Counted from the stretch's first letter, positions 46,942-58,115 are shown. The stretch: DNA of 64,000 nt from Nitrosopumilus sp. (GCA_965218695.1 OZ244651.1:640001-704000); one strand, 5' to 3'. Numbers and translations: made by a program. The notes: generated from the letters alone by a model not told the origin.

Positions 46942-48373
46942 TGTATAGTCCCGAAAGTTGTTCACCCCCCACATGAGGCTCCGGCCCGGGGTGGACATGC
47001 CCAATGAAGGACATTATCCGCGGCATGGCATCGCGTGCAAGATTACTGGGAAATGCAGTCAGCCTGTCCCTTACCAGAAACGACGGTGTGTGGGTTTCCC
47101 GTCGGTGGAGACGCTCGGCCGTGTGGCGTCATATAGGAAGACGGAGAGTGCGAGTGATGAAAAAGCTTGACCAGTCCAAAGTCGAATGGATCATACAAGA
47201 AAAGCGCAAGAATTCCCGCAACAAAGAGATTGCAGCAAGCATGGGAGTGTCGGTCCGCTGGGTCCAAAAGCTGTGGAAGAGGTACAGGGACAAGGATCGG
47301 ATCGCGTATCCTGCTCCCATGGGCAGGCCCAAAAAGTGCGCGCCCGGGAGGCGGGATCATTCGGCGGTTTTATCGGCTGCGTCCACTGCAGTCCACGGGG
47401 CAGCGTCCCTGGAGCGCATCATAAAGTCGCTTACAGGAATACATATCCCACACAACGTCCTGCACAGGATATTGAAGGATGCCGATTTTGCAGACACCCA
47501 GCCAAGGAAGAGCCAGCGCCGCAAGTGGATCCGCTACGAGCGCGAGCACTCCAACTCGATGTGGCACACAGACTACAAACAGCTTGACGACGGCAGGTGG
47601 TTCCTGTGCTATGAAGACGACGCCTCGCGCTTCGTGACCGGATTTGGGGTATTTGAGGAGGCGACAACCGAAAACGCCCTGAAGGTGCTCGACGAGGCCA
47701 TAAAAAATTACGGCAAGCCCGCATCGATCCTGACTGACCGCGGCGCCCAGTTCTATGCCACGGAATCCGAGGTCAAGAAGAAGGGAGCCTCCAGGTTCGA
47801 GCAGAGGCTAGTCGAGCTTGGAATCAGGCACATACTGGCGCGCGTGCGGCACCCCCAAACCAACGGCAAGCTGGAGCGCCTGCACGGGGAGATGCAGCGC
47901 AAGCTGCGCCGGTTCGAGGCGGCATCTTCTGCCAAGACCAGGCGCGGCGCCTCAGGGGATTCCCACGTTGGAGGGCCGTTTTGCACCGCGCCAGCAAAGG
48001 ATCCCGTGGAGCGGTTCATGGAGTGGTACAACCACGACCGGCCGCACATGTCCCTTGACTGGGACAACCTCGAGACCCCGGCGCAGGCATTCGAAAGAAA
48101 GATGCCCCCTGCAGGAGAGATGGTAGTGGACGGCCAGACCGGTGAGGAATACCGCGCAGAATAGCTGTCCGGCACGACGTCACAACCGCGCCCCATCCTG
48201 GGGGATGTTGCGCACAATTTTTTGAAAGTCGCCATGCGTGGAGTGGAAATGACAAAAATTCATGATTCCGGACGCAGGATCCAACACAAGACAATTATGC
48301 AACAGCCGGCAACATCAAACATGGAAGTACCTCCAAGTCTTGGAGGGGGGCGAACTACTTTCGGGATCCCACA
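46942..48373 (+). mobile_element. IS481-family element
   Basis: TGT...ACA ends sharing TCCCGAAAGT; 15-bp TSD GTCATGATGAAAAAC. Confidence 0.92.
47157..48164 (+). CDS. IS481 transposase (rve core)
   Basis: WHTDYK, DDASR, LTDRGAQF, PQTNGKLER, YNHDRPH. Confidence 0.93.
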   Translation: MKKLDQSKVEWIIQEKRKNSRNKEIAASMGVSVRWVQKLWKRYRDKDRIAYPAPMGRPKKCAPGRRDHSAVLSAASTAVHGAASLERIIKSLTGIHIPHNVLHRILKDADFADTQPRKSQRRKWIRYEREHSNSMWHTDYKQLDDGRWFLCYEDDASRFVTGFGVFEEATTENALKVLDEAIKNYGKPASILTDRGAQFYATESEVKKKGASRFEQRLVELGIRHILARVRHPQTNGKLERLHGEMQRKLRRFEAASSAKTRRGASGDSHVGGPFCTAPAKDPVERFMEWYNHDRPHMSLDWDNLETPAQAFERKMPPAGEMVVDGQTGEEYRAE

Positions 48374-48490
48374 GTCATGATGAAAAACTTCTGCGATGTC
48401 TTAAAACAGTTTATCCCAATTTGTGGCAGGGCTGCCAGTACCCGGATTCATGCTTGGGATTGCCGGCCTGCCACACATTCGTAGACCCCA

Positions 48491-49111
48491 TCATCCAAGC
48501 CCCGAGAACCTATTTTCCACATAGTCCCAGTTGACAGCATCCCACCACGCATCCACGTAGTCAGGTGTCCTGTCCTGGTATCTGGAACAGTACGCGTGTT
48601 CCCACACGTCAAGGCACAGGAGGGGCGTCCTCTGGAACATCCAGGGGCTGTCGTTGTTTTGGGTCGTCATGATCTCAATCCTGCTGTACGTGGGATTGAA
48701 TGCAAGCCAGCACCATCCGCTGCCCGCAATGCCTGATGCCTCTTGTGAAAATGTACTCCTAAAGTCTTCAAAGCCGTCAAAGTAGACGTCGATGGCGTCC
48801 CCCAGCAGGCCGCCCGGGGAGCCGCCGCCGTCAGGCCCCAGCACGTCCCAGAACATCCTGTGGTTCTCAAAGCCCCCTCCAAAGAAGCGCACCGCGTCCC
48901 GTGCGGATTCGGGCACGGATCCCAGGTCCGACAGGATTGCCGAGATGTGCTTCGGGTGCGACCTGCCGCCAATCTCGTCCAAGGCGCGGTTCAGCCCGTC
49001 GACGCATTCCTGGTGGAACGCTTCATGGTGAATCCTCAGCGTCTCCGAATCCACAAACGGCTCCAGGCAGTCATGCCCGTAGGCCAGCCTGGGAAGCTCG
49101 TAGAGGACCAT
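48491..49111 (-). CDS. Fe/Mn superoxide dismutase-like protein (divergent)
   Basis: YELP.L.Y...LEP, NH.MFW, GSGW.WL, DVWEHAY. Confidence 0.9.
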   Translation of the reverse strand: MVLYELPRLAYGHDCLEPFVDSETLRIHHEAFHQECVDGLNRALDEIGGRSHPKHISAILSDLGSVPESARDAVRFFGGGFENHRMFWDVLGPDGGGSPGGLLGDAIDVYFDGFEDFRSTFSQEASGIAGSGWCWLAFNPTYSRIEIMTTQNNDSPWMFQRTPLLCLDVWEHAYCSRYQDRTPDYVDAWWDAVNWDYVENRFSGLG

Positions 49112-49267
49112 GCACCGGGTTAACCCGCGCCACATATAATCCCAAATACGCATCGTCCCCGTCTGGACCAGGCATGCCATTCGGGTGCAGGCAGTCCCCT
49201 GCACGTCCCCCGGAATCATTCCAACCTGTGGAAAGGATGATAAATCCTGCACGCCGCCACACACACC

Positions 49268-49885
49268 ATGAGAAGACTTGGCACCACGGATCTGGAGATT
49301 CTGCATCTTGCGGTGAGCCGCGGCGGCACGTTTAATGAAAACGATCTTGAACGCTCCAGCCTGAAGAGGCTCGGGGTGGGAAGGATCCTGGATGCGCTGG
49401 CATCGCTCAAGGACAGGGACATGATATCACTCAACCGAGACAGGACGTTTTCGATCACCAGGCAGGCAAGGGCGATACTGTGGACTCTGGACGTTCCGGT
49501 ATGGGCAAGGGTGCTGCGCCTGCTTCAGATAAGATCGTGCAGCATGGCACAGGCATCAGACATACTCAGAGTCGGCCAGGACAGGCTTGAGCCAGTCATG
49601 GAGGAACTGAGAAGGAGGCAGTACGTGCTGATGTCCCCGCAGAGGCGGGAGGGGAGCCTGCTCAGGATGTACGAGATACTTCCCGACGGGGTGCAGAGGA
49701 TAGACAGGACAGAGTCGGAGGGCTTTGGAGAGGATGGGCTTGGAGGTGCAGGATCCGAGGGATCAGAGGCCACGGTCCTAATCGACGAGATTCAGGCGGC
49801 AGTCTCAAAGTCTGCAATGAGCCAGGCAGAAAAGGACAAAATCACAGAAAGGATCGCCGCACTGAAGAAGAGTATCGGGATCTGA
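49268..49885 (+). CDS. Winged-helix hypothetical protein
   Basis: Two wHTH-like segments. Confidence 0.7.
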   Translation: MRRLGTTDLEILHLAVSRGGTFNENDLERSSLKRLGVGRILDALASLKDRDMISLNRDRTFSITRQARAILWTLDVPVWARVLRLLQIRSCSMAQASDILRVGQDRLEPVMEELRRRQYVLMSPQRREGSLLRMYEILPDGVQRIDRTESEGFGEDGLGGAGSEGSEATVLIDEIQAAVSKSAMSQAEKDKITERIAALKKSIGI

Positions 49886-49888
49886 GAC

Positions 49889-51613
49889 CTACTTTGAGTA
49901 GATCCGGTCCTGGATCTGCGCCAGTATCAGTTCGGCCTTCTCCTTGTTCTCAAAGCTCTCAGAGGATTCGTCCATTATCTCGTCAATCTCGTACGTCTTG
50001 TCGACAAGCACGTCGGCCACGTGGTCGTCTAGGGTGCCGCTTCCGATGAGATAGTATGCAAATACAGTGTTCTTCTGGCCGATCCTGTGAAGCCTGTCTT
50101 CTGCCTGCCTGTGGATTGCAGGGCTCCAGTCAAGCTCGGCAAAGATCACGTACTTTGCCTGGGTCAGGTTGATTCCCACGTTTCCGGCCCGGATCCCTGC
50201 AATCATCAGTTTTGATGCGCCGCTTTGGAACGTGTCTATGCTGACCTGCCTGTCTGCGTCTGACTGCCCCCCGATGATCGAGACCGGCGAGAACTCGTGC
50301 AGGTTCTCGTGGAGGAGCCGGTGTATCAGCCTGTGGTGGCAGAACACCACCACGCTCTCCTCGATCTCCATGATGTTCTTGACAAAGTTTATCACGTGGG
50401 GCAGCTTTGCGACCCCGGCTATCTGCCGCTCGCTCTGAATCGCCCGGTAGTATGAGGCGGACTTTGAAAACTCGGTGTCTGCCTTCTTTTGCTCCTCCTC
50501 GAGGGTCTTCCATATCTTGTCCAACTCCTCGAGGTAGTACTCGGTGTCGGATGCTATGATCTCCTTGTAGCGTACCTTGTCCTTGAGCTCCTTGAGCACG
50601 TCGGATTTCTTTCTCCGGAGCATGACGTGCTTTTGCAGCTCGTTTCGAAGCGAGGCGCGCTTGTTCTCAAGGACTATCGCCCTGCCCTTGTCATTCACAT
50701 AGCAGAAATATTCGCAAAACTCCTTGAAGCTTCCAAGCAGGCCGGGCCGTATTATGTCGATGATCGGCCATATCTCCGAGCCGCGGTTGTAGATCGGGGT
50801 TCCTGACAGGCCTATCCTGTACAGTACGGAGGGCAGGGCTGCAAGCTTTTTGACTGCCTTGTACTTCTGGGTCGTCTTTGATCTCAGGTTGTGCACCTCG
50901 TCGCACACTATGGTCCGGATTCCAAGCCGGGCTATGTCGCCGCACCGCTTGAAGAGCAGGTCGTAGTTTATCAGGTAAATGTCAGTCTTTGGCAGCTTCT
51001 CGGACTTTCCCGTGCGGATGGTCGTGACGCTGGGGGAACGCGACTCTTGTATCCTGCCGTTTCTGCTCTTCTTTTTGAGAAACTTTTCAATCTCCCTCTC
51101 CCAGTTGTTCAGGGTTACCAGCGGGGCCACCACGAGTATGGGAAGCGTCTGTTTCTCCGTGGCCGCGTACGCCAGGGTCTGGACCGTCTTGCCAAGGCCC
51201 ATCTCGTCTGCCAGCAGCGCGTTGCCTGAGGACTTTATCAGAAAGTCCAGGCCCTCCTTTTGAAAGTTCAGCAGCCTGCCCCGAAACTGCGGGCCCGGTT
51301 TTGCGCGGCTGAGGTTGTACCGGGGGGATGGCGCAACGGGCTTGGGTTTTATGGTCTTTATTATCTTCCTCTGCCAGACCGACTTTGAGAGGATCGCAAG
51401 CGGGTACCTGTCCAAGATGAACTTGAGGTGCCTGACGTTCTCTGTGCTGTCAGGCACTATCACCTCGCCTGCGCTCTCGCCGTACCATGCCTCAGGAACC
51501 AGCCTTGCAATCATGTTCACCGCCCGATCGCCTGTAATCTTCCAGCTCCACACCTTGGAGTACCTGTCAAGAACGTACTCTAGCGTACCGATTGTCTTCA
51601 TGGATGTTTCCAT
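49889..51613 (-). CDS. SNF2-family helicase
   Basis: LADEMGLGKT, DEVH, LSGTP..N, QAEDR.HRIGQ. Confidence 0.95.
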   Translation of the reverse strand: METSMKTIGTLEYVLDRYSKVWSWKITGDRAVNMIARLVPEAWYGESAGEVIVPDSTENVRHLKFILDRYPLAILSKSVWQRKIIKTIKPKPVAPSPRYNLSRAKPGPQFRGRLLNFQKEGLDFLIKSSGNALLADEMGLGKTVQTLAYAATEKQTLPILVVAPLVTLNNWEREIEKFLKKKSRNGRIQESRSPSVTTIRTGKSEKLPKTDIYLINYDLLFKRCGDIARLGIRTIVCDEVHNLRSKTTQKYKAVKKLAALPSVLYRIGLSGTPIYNRGSEIWPIIDIIRPGLLGSFKEFCEYFCYVNDKGRAIVLENKRASLRNELQKHVMLRRKKSDVLKELKDKVRYKEIIASDTEYYLEELDKIWKTLEEEQKKADTEFSKSASYYRAIQSERQIAGVAKLPHVINFVKNIMEIEESVVVFCHHRLIHRLLHENLHEFSPVSIIGGQSDADRQVSIDTFQSGASKLMIAGIRAGNVGINLTQAKYVIFAELDWSPAIHRQAEDRLHRIGQKNTVFAYYLIGSGTLDDHVADVLVDKTYEIDEIMDESSESFENKEKAELILAQIQDRIYSK

Positions 51614-52086
51614 AGTTTGAGGTTAGGGTGTTGTTTTGATTTATGAATCTTGGGTATTGGCAAGCGTGGGGGGGGGGCTCGTCCGGCAGTCGTCGTCTGG
51701 TCCTCCAACCGCATGCTCTTGGCGCCACGACAGGCACCAGTCAGGCACAAGCTGCGCTGTGTCCTGACTGGCCTCAACGGCTTGGAGGGCGTGTGAGGCC
51801 GGGAATCAGTGGGAACGTCCGACCGGATGGGATTTTGTGTTCTCGTCATGGCAGTCACAGGAACACAGGTAGGTCTTGTGGCTGTTCAGGCAGTCAATAC
51901 ATTCAAAGTGTCTTCTCGTCTCGCATGCAGCACAGATCATCCAATAGTATTGGAGACGGATGAATTTAGTTTTTTCCAGGCAGGTGGCCGCGTACGTGCC
52001 CAGACTTCAGTCAGGCACACGAGTGAATGCCGGGAACGCTCGTGCCCAGGCTTGGCGTGGAGCCGGGCACGCGAAAGGCCGCATGC

Positions 52087-52746
52087 TCAATACCGGACTT
52101 CGCTCCTCTGGAGAAGATCGCCGGTCATGTCCAGGTATCCCTGCGGATCCACCTCCCTTGCAAACCCCCTGTCTATATTGATAAGATATACCGAATGCAG
52201 GCGGGCATGAAGGATGTCGTCGTATCCGATGCGCGGGTTCCTGTAATAGCGGTCGCACAGGTCTCTGACTGCCTGCACGTCGCTGCCGCTTCTTGCATTG
52301 GGTGGCAGCAGAAAGATGGCCGGAATTGGCAGGATGCCCATGACCGGGGTTGCCAGGGAGAACTTTGAGCAGTGTCTGCTGTACCTGGCAATCTTGCTCA
52401 TGATTCTGGCCGCATAGTAGTCGACGGTGTCCAGTGCATGATCCGGGGGAGTGAAGCCGGTCTCTATCTCCACAATGGTGCTGCCGTCGCCCTTTTGGGC
52501 GTAAATGTCGCACACCAGAATCTCAGAGACGCGCTTTTCGACGTCGACTGTATAGCCCCTCGATATGAGGCCGGCAGCGCAGATGATCTCTAGCACGGAG
52601 TGGTTTATCTTGACGAGGTTCTTTTGATACATGTCAACCAGCTGGTGTCTGACATGGCCAAGTTTGGGGATGTCTGAACCGTCGAGGTTTCCGGAGAGCC
52701 TGTCAGTTATCTCGTCGACGTCGTTGCGAAATTTTTCTAGATCCAC
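52087..52746 (-). CDS. Conserved hypothetical protein (possible PD-(D/E)XK fold)
   Basis: VE...CD......VEIETG motif. Confidence 0.75.
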   Translation of the reverse strand: MDLEKFRNDVDEITDRLSGNLDGSDIPKLGHVRHQLVDMYQKNLVKINHSVLEIICAAGLISRGYTVDVEKRVSEILVCDIYAQKGDGSTIVEIETGFTPPDHALDTVDYYAARIMSKIARYSRHCSKFSLATPVMGILPIPAIFLLPPNARSGSDVQAVRDLCDRYYRNPRIGYDDILHARLHSVYLINIDRGFAREVDPQGYLDMTGDLLQRSEVRY

Positions 52747-52903
52747 TGATCATGCTTGAGCATACTTGCTGATTTAGTTTTTTACGGGACGTGGCTGCCG
52801 GGCATGACCCGGCAAACCGGTCGGCGGTCTTTCAGGGTTGCAGTGGTTCCCGTTTACCGGCCCCCGTCGTCCAAACAATTTTTAGCCCAGGCCTGCACAC
52901 GGC

Positions 52904-53233
52904 ATGTGGTTGAAGGTATATCACAAGTCCTCGTGCATCACGTGCAAAAGGGCCATAGCAGGCATCGAGCAGTCAGGCGCATCCATTGAAAAGAGGGACT
53001 TTTTCAAGCAGCCGTTTTCAGAGGCGGAGATAACAGAGATAGTGCAGATGAGCGGCAAGAGGCCGTCGGAGCTTTTGAGAAAGAGGGACAGGATGTACAA
53101 GGAGCTCAAACTGGACGGCGCCGAAAACACGGACTCGCAGATAATCAGGCTGATGGCAAAACATCCGGGGCTGATCATGCGTCCGATAATCGTTACAAAG
53201 GGCAAGGCAAGCGTAGGAAAGACTGGCTTGTGA
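52904..53233 (+). CDS. ArsC/Spx family protein
   Basis: SCITCKRA, HP.L..RPI. Confidence 0.9.
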   Translation: MWLKVYHKSSCITCKRAIAGIEQSGASIEKRDFFKQPFSEAEITEIVQMSGKRPSELLRKRDRMYKELKLDGAENTDSQIIRLMAKHPGLIMRPIIVTKGKASVGKTGL

Positions 53234-53293
53234 AAGGCCGTTACCGGCATGCGCAGAATGTCCGGATTCTGCCTGCTCAAATGATACGAGGCA

Positions 53294-53584
53294 TCACCGT
53301 CTGGGGCCGACTTTCTTCATGGTGTCTGTCCACTGCGCGTCCTGTGCCATTGCATTCTCGTACAGTAGATCAAAGGTCCACGCCAGGATCTCGCCCCAGA
53401 TCATCTTGAGGGACTCCTCATCGGTCCACAGTACGCTGGTCCGGACTGCATTCATTGCAAGTATGCCGTTTGCGTGCTTTGAGGGGTTCTCGTTCCACTT
53501 CTTCAGCACACGATCACAAAACCCGACGATCTCGGGCTTTGTCAGTACAAGGCCGTCGGGGTCAAACTGTGGCTTCTCGGTCAC
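53294..53584 (-). CDS. Hypothetical protein
   Basis: Open helical ORF; start inferred. Confidence 0.6.
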   Translation of the reverse strand: MTEKPQFDPDGLVLTKPEIVGFCDRVLKKWNENPSKHANGILAMNAVRTSVLWTDEESLKMIWGEILAWTFDLLYENAMAQDAQWTDTMKKVGPRR

Positions 53585-53830
53585 GACATGCCCAGAACCT
53601 GCCAGAATTATAACATTTCTGATGGGGTAGCGGCTTTGCAGGGTTTGTGCAGGCATCACACGGGAGCCAGGCAGGCAGGCGGCTTCAGGCACGCGAACTT
53701 CGGACTGCCCAAACAATTACGAAGAGTTTCAAACTACGGTACATGTATGCAGTGCTTTGTTTTTGGATCGTGTGCAGATTGTGATAGTGAAGACGGTCTG
53801 GTTTAAATATTACAATAACGTATGCATAAT

Positions 53831-53971
53831 ATGACGAAACGAGTCACATTCATGATTAATGATGAGTTGGATCGTAAGATACGCCAGTTTCAGGCCAAGA
53901 CCATGCTTGGCAGCAACAAGGCATACAGTTACTCGGATGCCGTCAACGATTTACTAACAAGAAGCATCTGA
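53831..53971 (+). CDS. Ribbon-helix-helix microprotein, 46 aa
   Basis: MTKRVTFMINDELDRKIRQFQA...YSYSDAVNDLL; TTTAAATA box upstream. Confidence 0.8.
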   Translation: MTKRVTFMINDELDRKIRQFQAKTMLGSNKAYSYSDAVNDLLTRSI

Positions 53972-54277
53972 CGGATGCGACTGCACACAGGACACGGCTG
54001 CGTAGGGGCAGCCAAGGCCACTCCCGTTAGTCTTTTTTATCTTATTAATGGAAAATCATACCGCTGTTGTCCCACGACAACGCATCACAAACCGGACGCC
54101 TGCTGCAGCCGGCAGTACAGCGGCAATGCCGGAGCCCCGTAAATAATCAGATGGTACGCGAAGGTGCTGCCGTACAAGAGTGCGTGCGCGGCTTGCCATC
54201 CCAGGCCATGGCCGGACGGCCGCAGGACGCATCGATCCGGCCGATGCAGTCGGCACGGATGGACCTGCCACCGAACC

Positions 54278-55633
54278 AACTTTGTTTCCTAATTACTCTC
54301 GACACAGATACCAGTCTGTGCAATTCTGTCTATGTCATCGTCTTGTCCCCTCATCCCTTGCAGTTTTTGGACCGGGCTTGTAGACTTGCACGATCCTTGG
54401 CGTGCCGTACCCGCCGTCGATCGCAGTATCGATCATCTGGTTGTACAGCTGCACTTTTCCGTATATCTCGGCCTTGACGTTCTCCCACTTGCGCGCGCTT
54501 ATGCACTCGCCCAACACCCGCTTGAACGTGGAAAATACAATCTCGACTGACCACCGGTCGTTGTACCCGGACTCCCTGCGCCACGCCTTCTGGAATTCCC
54601 TCTTTTGTTCGCGCGTGAGGCCTGCAAACTTGAGTCCTGCCGTCTTGTCCATGCAGTCCATGCCACCCAGCTGCCTGAATCCTGCCTCCTTGCGGGGCAT
54701 GCACCCGTCTGCCTTTCCGGCAAAGTCGATGCGGACGGGAATCAGCGGCTCGATTCCCTGTTCGTCGCAGTACCTGCGGATCTTCTTGGTGTCGTACGCG
54801 CCGTCGGCTGCCGTCTTGGTGCTTGCAGAAGTCTCTACGTTTGGGGATTTTTTTGCATTTGCAAGGGCCTGCCCCACCAGTTCCTCAAACTGCGGAGAGT
54901 CCCCGCACTTGTCGTCGGTTATGGCCACGGCGTAGATCTTTTTGGTTTTGGCATCCACCCCGACGTGCAGCTTTATGAAGCCCCGCCTGGTCCCCCACTT
55001 TTTTGTCATCCAGTCGCCGCGGTTTGTGGGCTTGAGTCCAGTGGAGTCGAAGGCAAACAGCTTGATCTCTGCTCTGGTGTTGCCGTCTGAGAACCACGCA
55101 GAAGCCGTGCCGCTGCCATCATCATTATCTGCAACAGTGCAGCCCAACCTGGTCATCCTCTTCTGGAACACCGAATACGTGGGCGCGTCTTCCCTGCCGA
55201 CTATCGTCTCTGCCACGCCCTGGAGCTGCCTGTACCTTATGCCGGTGGCGTTTCTGAACAGGGATGCTGCTGCAAAGCACGCGTTTGAAAATACGTACGG
55301 GCGGCCGACCTTCCCGCAGTTTAGCTTCTCGACTCCCTGAGTCAGGATCTCCGGGCTTATCTGGAGCGTCCACAGCTGGCCGCGGTCTATGTACCTGCGG
55401 TCATCGTATTGGAACCGGCGTTCTTTGGATTTGAAAGATTTTTTAGCCTCATGCGTGCCCGTTTTGTCTGGAGAGGATGTGTTTTCAGTCATGGCTGTAA
55501 CCTGACTGTCTGCACACCTCTCTGATCAATGCAGTTTTCTATTGAAAATGTTTGATATTATGTTCAAATTCAGCTGATCTGGCCTAATTCTGGACATGTT
55601 GGGCGTGGTTGGGAATAATTAGGAAACAAAGTT
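54278..55633 (-). mobile_element. IS5-family (IS903-like) element; transposase 54335..55492
   Basis: TIR AACTTTGTTTCCTAATTA; 8-bp TSD ACCGAACC; DSTG, KLH.GVD, ADGAYD, Y..RW.VE. Confidence 0.93.
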
Positions 55634-55662
55634 ACCGAACCGGCCAACATAATGATTATAAC

Positions 55663-56736
55663 GTGATCCGTCCAATCACAGACACGTCCCTCAAGAGATA
55701 TGTGGCAACCAGGGTGGCTACGATGTTTGGAGTGTTGATGATTACCCTGCTAATCACAATCGCCCTCGTAGGCTCCAACATGGATGTCATCTTGAAGCAC
55801 GGCATAGCGTTTCAGGTCAGGTCGGAGATGACGGAGAACCCGAGGATGATCGAGGGCTTTGCGTCCATCGAGGAGTTTGAAAAGGTGGTCCAGGATACCA
55901 TAGACCAGAGGATCAAGAACCTCGGGCTCGACGAGCCGTGGTACTCGCCGCAGAGGATAGGGCTTACTATGTACAAGATACTGATTCTGGACTTTGGGTA
56001 CGCCACGTTTCTTACCAGCGATGCGGGCTCGTCGGATGTAAGGGACATCATATTTGAAAAGATGCCAAGGACCATCCTCCTCTTCACCACTGCGACCATA
56101 GTGATATCGCTGCTGGGAATATTCCTGGGCGCGCTGGCAGGAAGCAGGGTGGGATCCCCAGTAGACAGGATCACGTCAAGCTTTGCAGTGATAAGCTCCA
56201 GCTTTCCGGTATGGTGGATAGGGATGCTGATGATATTCCTGTTCTCGTTCATATACCACATATTTCCGGCAAGAGCCACGCCGGACATCCCGTCCTCGGA
56301 CCCGGCATACCTGGGATCCCTCCTGTACCACATGACGCTTCCGCTGATCACCATAGTGCTGATTGGCTTTGGGTCGTGGGCGTACATAGTGAGAAACTTC
56401 ATGGTGGGAATCATGCAGGAGGACTTTGTCATGGCAAAGAAGGCCATAGGGATCAAGAGGAGGAAGATAGTCTACTCGCACGCGCTAAAGAACGCGGCTC
56501 CCCCCATCATCACCATACTGGCACTCAGCCTTTCAGGCTCCCTCGGGGGGGCGATAATTACAGAGGCGGTGTTTGACTGGCCCGGAATGGGCAGGCTGTA
56601 CTTTGAGGCCATCACCGTGATGGACCTGCCGGTGATAGTGGGGGCCACGTACATCCTTACTGCCTTCTTTTTGGTCAGCGTCTTTTTTGCGGACCTGCTC
56701 ATAGGCTACTTTGATCCGAGGGTGAGGATAGGCTAG
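55663..56736 (+). CDS. Peptide ABC transporter permease (OppB/DppB)
   Basis: LGLD.P, PRT..L, GGAIITE.VF.WPGMG, DPR. Confidence 0.93.
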   Translation: MIRPITDTSLKRYVATRVATMFGVLMITLLITIALVGSNMDVILKHGIAFQVRSEMTENPRMIEGFASIEEFEKVVQDTIDQRIKNLGLDEPWYSPQRIGLTMYKILILDFGYATFLTSDAGSSDVRDIIFEKMPRTILLFTTATIVISLLGIFLGALAGSRVGSPVDRITSSFAVISSSFPVWWIGMLMIFLFSFIYHIFPARATPDIPSSDPAYLGSLLYHMTLPLITIVLIGFGSWAYIVRNFMVGIMQEDFVMAKKAIGIKRRKIVYSHALKNAAPPIITILALSLSGSLGGAIITEAVFDWPGMGRLYFEAITVMDLPVIVGATYILTAFFLVSVFFADLLIGYFDPRVRIG

Positions 56737-58106
56737 TGAGCGCCACCACATTCCAGGAGATACGGCGGGAGTTCTTTAGGAGCAAGATGGGCATTGCCGG
56801 CGTGTGCATCCTTGCAATCCTTGCCTCCACGTCCGTGATTGCGCTGGTTGCAATCCCGCTTGACACCCTCCAGCAGTGGAACAACCCGGAGAAATGGATA
56901 GAGTATCCAAGGGCCGCGGTTCCGTCATGGGTAAACCTGTTTACAGCAGAGAAGATTCCGGAACACCAGATCCTGGAGTCGCCTGCCGTCCAGCAGAGCG
57001 CCGACGGGGGAATCTCGATAACATCGCACAGGTTCCAGGTGCAGTTTGACTATGACGATTTTCCTGACGACTTTATCTACGAGTTCACGTCCGAGTATGT
57101 CGGGTCCCCCCTGATGCAGGTCTCGGTGCTCAGGCCCGACGGGATCGAGCTGGAACTGATCTCAAGGTCGCTTCCGCAGTCGGATGACATGACGTCGCAC
57201 AGCGGAAGGATATTCTCGACTGACAGCCTGATAAGGCAGAACCTCAACCTGCACACGGAGCCGTTCGGGTTTGACATCAGAAATGCCCCGGTCAGCGACA
57301 CGATCTTTTCACAGGCGCAGGCAAACATCCCCCTGAAGGGAGACTATGTCTTTTCAATGAACTTTTACGGGGTGGGCGCAGGCGCAGTGGAGGTATCAGA
57401 GTCCAAACTGATCATAGGGGGAAAGGCCTTCGGCGTCATGGGAACAGACGAGCTCAGGCGCGACCTGGCAGTGGGGCTGCTCTGGGGAACGCCGCTTGCC
57501 CTGTTTATAGGGCTTGTCGTGTCCATCGCGTCGGTGGTGATGGGGCTGCTCTACGGGGTCTATGCGGGGTTTCGGGGCAAAAAGACCGACGAGTCCATGA
57601 TGAGGGTGAACGACGTGGTGTACGCCCTGCCTGCCCTGCCGTTCCTGGTGATACTCTCGGTGACAGTCAGCAACAGCATATTTGTGATGGTCGGATTCCT
57701 GATGATATTCGGGTGGGTGGGCATTGCAAAGGTCTCAAGGAGCATGTCGCTGCAGATCAAGACCAGGGGGTACGTGGATGCAGCAGAGATCATGGGACAG
57801 AAGAGATCCAGCATAATGTTCAAGCACATCCTGCCCCAGCTGCTCCCCTATGCCTTTGCAAGCATCGCCATCTCGGTTCCTGCGGCCATCACTACCGAGG
57901 CAGGGCTCAGCTTTCTCGGACTGGGGGATCCGTCGTTTCCAACATGGGGCCAGATACTGCACGATGCAAACACGTTTGGGGCATCTCCCAGGGGGCTGTG
58001 GTGGTGGATAATGCCGCCGGGAATCATGATTGCGATTACGGGCCTGGCGTTTGTGTTCATAGGAAACGCCCTGGACACGATAGCAAACCCGAGGCTCAGA
58101 AGGTGA
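56736..58106 (+). CDS. Peptide ABC transporter permease (OppC/DppC)
   Basis: GTD..RD, HILP, EAGLSFLGLG, WWW..PPG. Confidence 0.93.
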   Translation: MSATTFQEIRREFFRSKMGIAGVCILAILASTSVIALVAIPLDTLQQWNNPEKWIEYPRAAVPSWVNLFTAEKIPEHQILESPAVQQSADGGISITSHRFQVQFDYDDFPDDFIYEFTSEYVGSPLMQVSVLRPDGIELELISRSLPQSDDMTSHSGRIFSTDSLIRQNLNLHTEPFGFDIRNAPVSDTIFSQAQANIPLKGDYVFSMNFYGVGAGAVEVSESKLIIGGKAFGVMGTDELRRDLAVGLLWGTPLALFIGLVVSIASVVMGLLYGVYAGFRGKKTDESMMRVNDVVYALPALPFLVILSVTVSNSIFVMVGFLMIFGWVGIAKVSRSMSLQIKTRGYVDAAEIMGQKRSSIMFKHILPQLLPYAFASIAISVPAAITTEAGLSFLGLGDPSFPTWGQILHDANTFGASPRGLWWWIMPPGIMIAITGLAFVFIGNALDTIANPRLRR

Positions 58107-58115
58107 CGATGATGA

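Noticed and set aside
51650-52080. GC-rich intergenic region with hairpin CCAGTCAGG...CCTGACTGG as a possible ncRNA
   Set aside because: No SRP, RNase P or riboswitch signature recognised.
55609-55662. Extended N-terminus of the OppB-like permease
   Set aside because: The TTG lies within the IS903-like TIR; the native start is downstream.
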